In this document: positions 52,185-64,000 of the stretch, one piece after another | Layout of the letters: each line of letters opens with the position of its first letter | How positions within the stretch are numbered: the stretch's first letter is position 1 | Assembly: GCA_965235115.1 (NCBI GenBank) | Contig: OZ249438.1 | Span: forward strand, 19,840,001-19,904,000 | DNA: 64,000 nucleotides | Direction of reading: 5' to 3' | Source of the DNA: Laetmonice hystrix | Lineage: Eukaryota | Program-made: the position numbers and the translations under genes | Notes under the pieces: generated by a model | Told to the model about the DNA's origin: nothing | Seen by the model: only the letters and a program-made list of their open reading frames with translations | Databases searched by the model: none

Positions 52185-52198
52185 GCGCCCCCTGGTGA
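52185..52198 (-). promoter_or_regulatory. CTCF-like motif (GCGCCCCCTGGTGA on +)
   Basis: 13/14 match to the reverse-complement CTCF core GCGCCCCCTGGTGG. Confidence 0.35.
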
Positions 52199-52852
52199 TA
52201 ACTCTCTGAGAATGCTGCCTGTCGTTTGGCACCCGTCCGACTCGGGCGTGACGTCGTGGGACATGTATCAGACTTGTGCCCTCATATAATACGGTTATAC
52301 ACTCAATATGTGAAAGAAGGTAACTGACCAATCTGAAATAGTTATCAAAATTGTTTCTGAAGCCAGGACTTAGGTTTGTTGATCTGTTGATCTTTTTTAC
52401 ACAGTAACTCGACGTATACTCAGATCCCATAGTCTTAACCTATATCCAAGACTTGTATCTTCTTGAGTGCCATGGAAACCCGGTCTTTAATTAACCATTC
52501 CAGGAAAACCATAAGGCACTGTACTCTCCAGGTATGTCAGAGAATATATATGAGGTGGTGGCGGCCATAAACTGTTGATAATGTTGTGGGTTTCCTCTGG
52601 TTAAGTTTGGCTGCGTTCAGACACGACCACAATCCCTCCACCCCGCCTTCCCTCACTTTATGGTCGGGCAGACCAGGTAATTTGTGGTTATACGGCTGTT
52701 AACATTGTGAGTGCGACATTTTATGGTTATGTTCGGTTTGTATGAAGCGTCAAGTGTTGAATTAAGAGTTCAGCCTTACGAGAACCTTACCCCTCCATCA
52801 TTGACTGGTTGTGGCACGGTAAATCTAACCTTCCTGATGACCACTGCACTGG

Positions 52853-53020
52853 CAGGGTTTCCTGGAGATTTTTTTTTTGGAGATGGTGCGAGTTTGGGGG
52901 GGGGGGGGGGAGAGTAATGCAAAATATTTTCCCCTGGAAATTTTTGGGAGGGAGTAGCTGAATAATGGGGGGGGGGGGAGTCCCCCCCCCCAAAAAAAAA
53001 ACGTCCTGCAGGAAAGCCTG
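52853..53020. mobile_element. Small MITE (168 bp) with CAGG-initiated TIRs and an apparent 5-bp TSD ACTGG
   Basis: actgg|CAGGGTTTCCTGGAGATTTTTTTTTTGG ... CCAAAAAAAAAACGTCCTGCAGGAAAGCCTG|actgg. Confidence 0.7.
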
Positions 53021-56000
53021 ACTGGTCAACTCTCCACAGACAGGTGACCCCTGTATTGTGACTTTCCTCAATCCTTAACACCAAATGCACTTTCTGATAA
53101 TGTTTGAGATTCTCGGTCTGGGAATCAAGCTTGGGTGAAAGCTGAAAATTCTATCAATAACCATGCATGGCTAGTTTCTAAGACATTAATGAAGTATTTC
53201 CGACCTTCGGAGATATAAATGTACTGACTGATCTCACCTGGTGCCTGGTTCGAACGTGTCCGTTGATCACCTGGACCAGTCACACCCACCAGGTGGAGGT
53301 AGGTGTGGGGCTGGAGGTGGTGGTGGTGGTGGTGAGGCCGTCAGACACTGATAACTCTACACCTGTCCGACCTATCACCCACATCACTCAGTACTTAACG
53401 CTTTCTCTTTGCTCACTTCAATTTCAACTTTATCTTTATTTTCCTCCATTTCAAAACTCCCACTACATCTAACAAAATACCTGACACTTTATCTAATGGA
53501 CTTTTTGACCCCCTCCCCCCGGGAAAGGGGCGGGGGGGGACAAGTTTCACCTTTAACCCGGTGAAAATACCAGTCGTTCTGCGCAACTCGTGTGGTGCGG
53601 GTGGTTGTAAATTCCATGTATTTATGACTGGCCTGAATGATGGCCATAGGACCATAACGTGGCGGTCTTGGTGTACACTACGACCAGGACAGATGGCGTG
53701 GGCCAACCAGCACAACGTCTGCTCTATTATTGGTTAGCATTAATTAACAAAAGGTAACTAGATTAACAGAACATACTAAACACTCAGCGATCTTATCGAA
53801 TACTACTGTTTCACGATAAAATACACTGGTCAGTGAGAATATCAGCTACTTTTATTTTTAAAGGATAGCATGATCCTTGATGCACAGTGGTGGTGGCGGG
53901 GGGGGGGGGGTACGAGAGCGTGTAAATATAACGGAGGTAAAAGCCCTACAAGTTACTGGAGGAGCTGTGCCCTCACGTCCCAGCCACAAGTTGCCCTGTC
54001 GTGCCCTTGCATACGTGAATATGATGGAGCAGTGGGCCATCGAGTGTCTGGGTGAGGGTTGCTGTCACCAGTTGCTGAATGCAGTCAGCCAGCCTCCCTG
54101 CATCTGTCGAGCTGGGCACACACACTGGGCATTCACTACCTGCTCATGGTAGCCATCCTCCACACTCCCGCCAACCTCCCAAACACCACCCTACACCCGT
54201 CCACTCCAGCCGTGTATCTGACCACCTCACACACCATCTTGCTACCAAACAACACAACCAAAGAGTTCACAAGGGAAATTGCTGGCCCAACACGGCGCCG
54301 AGTGAGCCGCTGTTGGCCCACTTCTCCACGCCATGCAACAGATCGATACTTGAAAGGCTGTTTCCAATAGGGTGTCGATACCCGGCGACAAGCTCGTTGG
54401 GCATCTGTTTGTCGTCATAATGAATTGGATACCTGTGCACGTATTTTGACGACACAGTCATGCACGGTCAACATATAACTGGGGGTTGAGAGACAGGGTG
54501 GCCAGGTGTGGCTTCCGGCGAGTCGGGGCGGGTCGGCTAGGGTTGAGTCTAGTCGGGGCTGTGTTCAGGGGTGACGAGTCAGCCTGAGGAAGTGCCCTTT
54601 ACAATCTGCTTGTTTGCCAAATGATCAGGAGATGGGTGTGGGTGTGGGGGTACGGTGGGTGTGGGTGTGGGGGTACGGTGGGTGTGGGTGCGTGAGAGGT
54701 GTTTCAATGTGACATGATGTTGTAAGTTTAACTATCGCATAATTGTCTCTAACTGTCGCTCGTGTCGACTTTCAATAATCGATTATATCGAATCCTTTGC
54801 AAAGACAATAAAAGTGCCATGATATTAACAGCCTCTTCCATGAAAGGTGTGGTAAAACATTTTCTCAGCGTCCGCAGAACACCTCTTTCATAACATCATT
54901 CACACCGAGCTGATAAACTTCTTTACGTCAAAGAGATTCGCTTCAGGACATTAGCTACAACCAAATTTAAAGCCACCATGAACGCATTCATCTGGATCTT
55001 ATTCTACACTATACTCTGAGATCATAAAAACATGTTTTAGGTATTTGATTTTACAAGTAGTCAAACTCCTGATGGGCTAGTAGACGTTCACAACTCTGGG
55101 AGAACTCAATGTGACACGTGTCGAGTTTTCCTCACTCACTTTGCCCGACTCCGTCCATTCACCAACTACCAGCGTTAAGGTACTATTGTCCCTAAAGGCC
55201 ATCAATGATAGACTTCAAAGATATATGTGAGTTAAGTAAAGCAGGAAGGACGGACAAACTACTCTGAAACGATGGATCTGTAATAAAAGGTGCTCTCTGT
55301 TAGCCTGTGTCAACACTCTTACCGCCACCTTGGTCAACAAAGGCCGCGGGTCCGGCAAACTCAACCCACTGAGGTTCGCAGGAGGAAATCAAATGAATGA
55401 AGACGTACTTTGGAGGGTATCACATACGGCCAAATAATCACGCCTATTATTCGGTGTAAATCCCTTCGAGCCATGTGAGGTTGGAGTATAAGACGAGGAG
55501 GTATCTCCTTGTACGGGGTCAGATTTAAAAACCGCACTAAATTCAACATCATGTTTTGTGTGTAGTAAATCCTTGCTGATGAAGATATCAATTGGTACCA
55601 ATCATGTTATACGCCCCCGAGATTGGCAATTTCTGGTCGCAACAAGTCGACAATGCATAGACAGGAAGTGAGAACAGGCGTCTAACAATGGTTTCGGATA
55701 CCACGACAGAATGTCCCCACAGAAATAATCTATACTTCACACCCATACCTACACGACACCCTGGGAGAGTGGGCTAAATATCTAAATCTCACATCAAAAC
55801 GTAAAAAAGGTACTAGGTAAAACAGATAATGAGTCGATAACTCAAGAGTTTCCTGCATGGCTCTCCTTACAAATGGCATGAAGAAAGCTTGAGGACCTGT
55901 TTTAACTTCCGCGGGATATGTTCGACCTTACTTGTGGCTGAGTGATGGGAGTAGGGTGATGATCAGTGTAAATGTCCACTTTACTCAGGGCCCCCTTGTT

Positions 56001-56402
56001 TTCCCAAAGGTGACAGTAGAAGACTATACGTTCGACACGGAGGTCCATTTTGCTGGCTCCCTATTCAAGGTAAAGGTGTCGGGGCTTGGCCACACAATCA
56101 CCTAACACCTGGGTAAACAGGTGCTCCGTGTACGCCTCTTCTCTTCCCTTGACACCTCTCTCTGTCTACCTGTCCGCCGCCGCCCGCCGCCCCCTTTGAT
56201 CCCGAGTCTCTCCCCACATAACACACCTCCCCGTATAACGAGTTTCACCAGCCACCTTCACTCTTTCCCATCGCCGCGCCACAATAGGTGGGTGGCACTG
56301 GCGCAAAATGGAAATCGTCTTGGTTGTTTATTTAGAAAACAGCACTTTCTGGAGCATCCTTGTCGGGTTGGTGGTGTAAATGCTATGTGCCAGCCTCATT
56401 CT

Positions 56403-57586
56403 GCAGACATCCCCAGCCTAGTTTGGTGTCAGTATGCAGACATCCCTAGGCCTCGTTAGTTTGGTGTCAGTATGCAGACATCCCTAGGCCTCGTTAGTTT
56501 GGTGTCAGTATGCAGACATCCCCAGCCTCGCTAGTTTGGTGTCAGTATGCAGACATCCCCAGCCTCGTTAGTTTGGTGTCTGTATGCAGACATCCCCAGT
56601 TTCGTTAGTTTGGTGTCAGTATGCAGACATCCCTAGCCTCGTTAGTTTGGTGTCAGTATGCAGACATCCCTAGGCCTCGTTAGTTTGGTGTCAGTATGCA
56701 GACATCCCTAGCCTCGTTAGTTTGGTGTCAGTATGCAGACATCCCTAGCCTCGTTAGTTTGGTGTCAGTATGCAGACATCCTTAGGCCTCGTTAGTTTGG
56801 TGTCAGTATGCAGACATCCCTAGCCTCGTTAGTTTGGTGTCAGTATGCAGACATTCCCAGCCTCGTTAGTTTGGTGTCAGTATGCAGACATCCCCAGTCT
56901 CGTTAGTTTGGTGTCAGTATGCAGACATCCCTAGGCCTCGTTAGTTTGGTGTCAGTATGCAGACATCCCCAGCCTCGTCAGTTTGGTGTCAGTATGCAGA
57001 CATCCCCAGTCTCGTTAGTTTGGTGTCAGTATGCAGACATCCCCAGCCTCGTTAGTTTGGTGTCAGTATGCAGACATCCCCAGCCTGGTTAGTTTGGTGT
57101 CAGTATGCAGACATCCCTAGCCTCGTTAGTTTGGTGTCAGTATGCAGACATCCCCAGTCTCGTTAGTTTGGTGTCAGTATGCAGACATCCCTAGCCTCGT
57201 TAGTTTGGTGTCAGTATGCAGACATCCCTAGCCTCGTTAGTTTGGTGTCAGTATGCAGACATCCCCAGTCTCGTTAGTTTGGTGTCAGTATGCAGACATC
57301 CCTAGCCTCGTTAGTTTGGTGTCAGTATGCAGACATCCCCAGCCTCGTTAGTTTGGTGTCAGTATGCAGACATCCCTAGCCTCGTTAGTTTGGTGTCTGT
57401 ATGCAGACATCCCCAGCCTCGTTAGTTTGGTGTCAGTATGCAGACATCCCCAGTCTCGTTAGTTTGGTGTCAGTATGCAGACATCCCTAGCCTCGTTAGT
57501 TTGGTGTCAGTATGCAGACATCCCCAGCCTCGTTAGTTTGGTGTCAGTATGCAGACATCCCTAGCCTCGTTAGTTTGGTGTCAGTA
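56403..57586. repeat. Tandem minisatellite, 37-bp unit, ~32 copies
   Basis: Unit TTAGTTTGGTGTCAGTATGCAGACATCCC(C/T)AGCCTCG. Variation is concentrated in the CCCCAG/CCCTAG/CCCTAGG segment. Confidence 0.98.
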
Positions 57587-58654
57587 GGAACCGCTGACCG
57601 CACATATGTTATACTTGCAGAACATACCAATACCATGACTTAAGTTATTCACCACATCAGTGAAACCCCTCCCCCAAACAGAAATCCGTGTGTGTGGCGC
57701 AAGCTTTTATTAGCAATTTTACCAGATTCCCTCTATCTGTACCCTAAACGTGTATATACGGGGTTCTGGGCATCTTTATACATTCCTATGTATCGACCCC
57801 AAGTGATCTGATAACATGGAAGCAGCTGTCACTGCACACCAATTTAAAGAGTCGGACCACTCGGATCAACACAAGATCCCTGCTCAACTTAAAAGAAACC
57901 TTTGCACTTGTTGGTTGCTGCTGGCACGTCGGTAGTGCCCATTTCAAGTGGTGATTTTAGCTAGAGAGCATTGCCGGGTATGGCATGTCAACAAGTGAAA
58001 ACGGCCATTGTCGAGCCAGCTTTTCGCTTCTAGTTTCTTCTGTTAGCTGTTGTCGTAATCGGCTGACACTCCTCGTACAGAAAGTGGGGCAAGCGTAGAA
58101 GGCCCACGGTTCCTTGTGACAAAACCAACGTTTGAAAGCTTTACTTGGTGCCCTGCTTTCTTATACTGCCAGTGCTATAATCTGAGAGTACTCAAACTGT
58201 GGGTCGACAAACGTTGGTTTACGTCACGGTCACTCCCGGGTCTCATGTCAGTGATCAAGGTGTCCGGGTTTTTGAAGGACGATGGTCTGACCGTCTGCCA
58301 AGATAAATTTGTCCCCCACCCCCCGCTGGTTCCAGCCCTGAGTCGATGAAAGCCGTCGGTGAGAGCCACACCGACCGCTGCTACCGGCTAAATGACTGCT
58401 TTCAACACCTTTCAGATCACGCCCGGCTAAATTTACCGATAATTGGCATTTACAAAAATAAATATTTGCCGACTTAATGATCTTCTGTCGTCGCCTTGCA
58501 AGATTTGCAGACTTGTAATCTCCCGGAGGGAGGTAAGCTGGAATCGGACATGGCGAGGAGAAAGTCGGGATTAGCGATAATCTTGACGGCAGCTGGCGGA
58601 GGACCAAGTAACCAGATCAACGTGAGCTGATCACCGTCCACCTCCCCGTCTTAC

Positions 58655-60186
58655 ACTCAGCGTTCACCCAACAGTTTATACCCACGGTCCGGGGTTAACG
58701 AGGCGGTCAGGGTGACATATCGTCTATACTCAGCGTTCACCCAACAGTTTATACCCACGATCCGGGGTTAACGAGGCGGTCAGGGTGACATATCGTCTAT
58801 ACTCAGCGTTCACCCAACAGTTTATACCCACGGTCCGGGGTTAACGAGGCGGTCAGGGTGACATATCGTCTATACTCAGCGATCACCCAACAGTTCATAC
58901 CCACGGTCCGGGGTTAACGAGGCGGTCAGGGTGACATATCGTCTATACTCAGCGTTCACCCAACAGTTCATACCCACGGTCCGGGGTTAACGAGGCGGTC
59001 AGGGTGACATATCGTCTATACTCAGCGATCACCCAACAGTTCATACCCACGGTCCGGGGTTAACGAGGCGGTCAGGGTGACATATCGTCTATACTCAGCG
59101 ATCACCCAACAGTTCATACCCACGGTCCGGGGTTAACGAGGCGGTCAGGGTGACATATCGTCTATACTCAGCGATCACCCAACAGTTTATACCCACGGTC
59201 CGGGGTTAACGAGGCGGTCAGGGTGACATATCGTCTATACTCAGCGTTCACCCAACAGTTCATACCCACGGTCCAGGGTTAACGAGGCGGTCAGGGTGAC
59301 ATATCGTCTATACTCAGCGATCACCCAACAGTTCATACCCACGGTCCGGGGTTAACGAGGCGGTCAGGGTGACATATCGTCTATACTCAGCGATCACCCA
59401 ACAGTTCATACCCACGATCCGGGGTTAACGAGGCGGTCAGGGTGACATATCGTCTATACTCAGCGATCACCCAACAGTTCATACCCACGGTCCGGGGTTA
59501 ACGAGGCGGTCAGGGTGACATATCGTCTATACTCAGCGATCACCCAACAGTTCATACCCACGGTCCGGGGTTAACGAGGCGGTCAGGGTGACATATCGTC
59601 TATACTCAGCGTTCACCCAACAGTTTATACCCACGGTCCGGGGTTAACGAGGCGGTCAGGGTGACATATCGTCTATACTCAGCGATCACCCAACAGTTTA
59701 TACCCACGGTCCGGGGTTAACGAGGCTGTCAGGGTGACATATCGTCTATACTCAGCGATCACCCAACAGTTTATACCCACGGTCCGGGGTTAACGAGGCG
59801 GTCAGGGTGACATATCGTGTATACTCAGCGATCACCCAACAGTTTATACCCACGGTCCGGGGTTAACGAGGCGGTCAGGGTGACATATCGTCTATACTCA
59901 GCGTTCACCCAACAGTTTATACCCACGGTCCGGGGTTAACGAGGCGGTCAGGGTGACATATCGTCTATACTCAGCGTTCACCCAACAGTTTATACCCACG
60001 GTCCGGGGTTAACGAGGCGGTCAGGGTGACATATCGTCTATACTCAGCGTTCACCCAACAGTTTATACCCACGGTCCGGGGTTAACGAGGCGGTCAGGGT
60101 GACATATCGTCTATACTCAGCGATCACCCAACAGTTTATACCCACGGTCCGGGGTTAACGAGGCGGTCAGGGTGACATATCGTCTA
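58655..60186. repeat. Tandem minisatellite, 73-bp unit, ~21 near-identical copies
   Basis: Unit ACTCAGCG(T/A)TCACCCAACAGTT(T/C)ATACCCACGGTCCGGGGTTAACGAGGCGGTCAGGGTGACATATCGTCTAT. Confidence 0.98.
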
Positions 60187-63100
60187 AACTGTCAGGTTCC
60201 AGTTTAACAATAGTTAACAGAACCAAAGACAGCAAAAACTAGTTTAGTAAGATTTTCTGCTGATCTTCACTCTCAGCGTGGATTTGGAGAAAATGTATTT
60301 GTTTGATAGTGTGAAGGTGAACGCTGTAAGAAATGGCTGCCTGTTCCTGATGCATAGAGTGGGGGAGTGGCCGAGGGGTGGGCGAGTGAATGGAAAATTC
60401 ATATAAATCACAGAAATGTAAACATTGTTGAAAGCCCAGATAAATAAACCGGTGGCACGTCATGATCACTCATACTCTCCACGTCTCATATAATAATACC
60501 AGTGACATTTCCCGCATCACCAGACCACATTACATATGAGACATGACCCAAAAAAATGGATGGACAAGGAGTCGTGGCAACCACAGTCTACCAATCCGTG
60601 TATTCATTGGTCACGTCCTGATGGTTGGGATCAACTTAATGAGACAACCGTATCTACAAACAATCTATGTCTGTCAATGTCAGGAATCGAGGACATCCCA
60701 GACATACCCCTCCCCCTGTCTTCATACAGATCGTACACATTCCAGGTAAACCGGCCAATTATACCATTAGTAACCTTTTTGTCTACATCGATAGGGAAGA
60801 TTAACACCAGTGAACTACAAAAGTACCCACTTTATGTTTAAAATAGACGTTAGTCTGATTGTTTGGGCTCTGAAGGCTACTTAACACCGTTAAATATCAA
60901 TTATCTGTAGTTGATAGCAGCTCGTTCCCATGGTATGATAACAATTAACCAAACAGAACATCAATTAGGAGGTATCTTAATTAGTCTAGGCACATGGTAT
61001 TTAACGTTAGCTCGCCAGGGTAGGATACACCAAGCTCGTGTAATACACGAGTGTGTTACACTATACTCGTGTAATTGACCTCAGCGAGCACCACGCTGGG
61101 TACCGCAGATATACTGCCCACAACCCCCAGTACACTGACTCACCCCACACATGGCACACTTGTAAACCCCAACAGCTTTCTGAGTAACTGAAGTTTGACA
61201 ACACATTGACAGGTAATTCTAAGTCAAAACAATTCAGTTACCCCACCTGTTACACCCATCTTGGAAACATTCTAGTCACTAGGAGCATCGAAATAAAACA
61301 GGATCACAGAAAAAACATTAAATCAAATTCCTTACAAGTTTGTGAAGTTGGCCGGGAAAATGGCGCTTCAGGGTGGTACTCGACAAAAAGTCTTCTTTAT
61401 TGTGCCAATCGTAATCACTTAGATACCAATTTGATCTCATTAGGGACCGAACCCAACAAATATCTCAAACTAAAGGTTTCCATTCCTACCTAAACATCAA
61501 AGTACACCTGTTAAAAGGCTAGAAGTAATTAAAGCAGTACCTCTCATACATACACGCCTCTCACACCTACTGATCATCATCCTATGAATACTCCACCCCC
61601 GTCTCCTTGTGGAGGTACGAGCCTGGACGAACGTACGAGATATATTTGTGACAACTCGACCAAACACGTATTGAGTGGACTTCTACTCATGTGTGCACGG
61701 TAAATGTTATTCTCACACTATAATTACCAATGTTCAGAGATACTATATTCAACCGACGCGCACTTCATTCACAGACAAATCACCGACTCTTTTGATGTGG
61801 AAATATTTGCCCCTCTCTCCACGACTACAAGACCGTGTATATGTAAGGCTGGCCGCCACCCGCTGTGGACATTTCTTGGTTGATTTGCTGGTGTTAAACA
61901 GACGAGATGGTTTGTATGGGCCGAGGTGGGATAATATTTTCTGTGAAGGAGCGATGGGACTGGGCGCTGCGGCCGTCAAGTCCAAGTCGGTGTACCACTC
62001 GTACATCACTTCATTTACATTGGGACGATTAGAGCGACACGATGGTAAGCTCGGCCGTACAACCCTCAATATCTCCCCCGCCGCCTCTCCCTCCATCCAC
62101 CCCTCTACATCAATGTTCCCACAAAAAACACACACACTCCCCCGCCGTCTCAGCGTCACTACGGATGTCTTCCAAGAGCTGTTGTCGCCCGCCGCACATT
62201 TCATCCCATCTTTGATGTGAGAAGATAAAAGTAGTGATGAGACTGTTATTGATAACGCTGAGCGCCAAACTCGTGGGAGTGGATTCTTCTCTCCTCCAGG
62301 TCGTCTCGGGGGGGGGGGGGGTGAGGACACGGGAGGACAGATACATGGTGTGTGTGTATCAGAGCACTAATCACCCCTTCCAACAGTCTACGAGAGGGAG
62401 AGGGTACTGACGTCTCCTGCAGTCAGCGTCAGGTCATATTGTACAGGAGGGCTGTATGAAATGTGCTTTCTTGGCGGGGTAAAAGGATTGGTGATTCAGG
62501 GTACGTTATCATTGCAAATCACGTTTTAAAAATGGTAAGTTTGCAATGACTGGGTGCGCACTAATACCCATACCCTAGGATGTCCTCATCAACTAGTGTC
62601 AGTAATTTTTGCTTCCTGGCGAGTCCTTCCTGTCCTCATCAACTAGTATCAGTCATTTTCTCTCAGGAACAAACAGTTTGAATGCGACATTGATAACCTC
62701 TGGGGGCTTGGCAACTTTGGTCTCACTCGGTTAGGACCTTTGTCCTGGTAAATGGTGAAACGGCTCCCAAATATACAGAAACCTTTGACAGCGACATATA
62801 TAAATGGAACAGCAATAAATGGATGCTGAAAAGCTGCACATGGGACTCGATATTCTTGAGGAAGGCCTTCCCAAACAATGGCGTTACACTACACATATTT
62901 ACTCTAGAAATCCACACTATCCGTGCATTTCTACAGTGTATCAGTGTAATACATAATTTCATTTTTTTAAACAAGCATTCCCTATAGCTACAAGAAATCA
63001 ATTTCAAAGATATTGAATTAATATCCAACCTCTCTGCAAGATGGTGATTTCATCTTGGGCTTCTTTCTCCACGTTACGTATTAACCAATTCTGGTTTGAC

Positions 63101-64000
63101 TACCCTGAACCATATCTCTGAAATTTCTCACACGGTCAGAACATTGCACTATATGCCCGATAACGAGTTGGGTGGGTGTAATGTCCACGCAATGTTTACT
63201 AATTTCCTCAGCATTAATAAATTTATGAACATGCGGACATGAAGTGGCATGGTACGTACTTACACACGGACACGGTAAGTACACCGACAGCACGGCACCG
63301 CGGGTGAAATGGACAAATGTACTTATAGGCCACAGTCTGTTAGCACTTTTACCCCGATATGAGCCAAGTTTGTGCCATAAATCCTTGCCTCCGACCATCA
63401 GGTGCTGACATGACATGTACATGTGCTCAGCCACTATAACCAAACATCTAGAGATTATCTGGCAATGAATGAATAAATGTCCAGCTGCACGTTTCCTGGT
63501 CCTCTCTGGCAACAGTAGCAAGCACATCGTTTCGTTTTCATCAACTTTAGTGAGAAAACTTCTTCACATTACTGTATCAATGTCTATTTCCTGGGAACAT
63601 ACTGTCATAAATTGTCTTCAGTCTGACAGTTGTGACATAAAAATATGCCGACATGACGAGTATAATTATCGGATGATGTGTATACCATGACGATACCATA
63701 CCAATATTTACATGCCGGAAAACATATTTGCAGACTTTTTCTGAAAAGACACCTCGATAAGGATGTCATTTACAACATAAGACTAATGACGACAAAACCA
63801 TATATACAAAACTTCCTGGCAGTTTCTAGAAAACTATCATTACTAGAAACTGTCATAGAAACTGCCATAGGGTTGTGACTTTCCAGACTCTGGGGAAATA
63901 TTAAAACTATCCCCTATGTCAATGTAAAAATACCCATAGAAGATGACAAGTTGAAAATGTACACGAGGCCAGAGGGGATATTGGTTTCCAGTTTCCCATT

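Noticed and set aside
3912-60186. CRISPR-like arrays (palindromic 22-73 bp repeats)
   Set aside because: The units are head-to-tail with no unique spacers, there are no cas genes, and the context is eukaryotic.
3912-60186. Hammerhead ribozyme or retrozyme in the hairpin-bearing units
   Set aside because: I found no CUGANGA...GAAA catalytic core in the correct arrangement in any unit on either strand by eye. An Infernal/RNAMotif search would be definitive.
61675-62330. Overlapping 181-aa (+) and 193-aa (-) ORFs
   Set aside because: No recognisable domain or splice context. More likely GC-rich noncoding sequence.
63081-63527. 148-aa minus ORF faintly like the Academ/XPG-type 'HA.TGCD' region
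   Set aside because: Key residues are not conserved (YHATSCPH), so it cannot be supported without a profile search.

Overview
Animal (bilaterian invertebrate-like) genomic DNA, not prokaryotic. The only supportable protein-coding gene is the 3' part of a MIPOL1 (mirror-image polydactyly 1) orthologue on the minus strand. Three spliced exons (37313-37219, 31155-30925, 22543-22471) have canonical AG/GT junctions and matching phases, encode the last 132 aa, and are all missed by the ORF track. I found no further upstream exon, so the next intron is probably >26 kb. About 17% of the window is nine unrelated tandem arrays (units of 22-157 bp), and these account for all ORFs >200 aa in the track. 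One array is an amplified SINE segment with a Pol III B-box and often a Su(H)-type site. There are also several MITEs, two possible decayed ORF fossils and CpG-rich unique blocks with clustered TF motifs. These blocks may be enhancers of the NK2-Pax1/9-Slc25a21-Mipol1-FoxA 'pharyngeal' cluster (inference; no FoxA or Pax exon is in the window). I found no CRISPR array, tRNA, rRNA or intact transposase. I cannot demonstrate a wholly new biological system. The most original leads are a palindrome-creating micro-insertion signature, the B-box/Su(H) array and a perfect 43-bp intronic hairpin.
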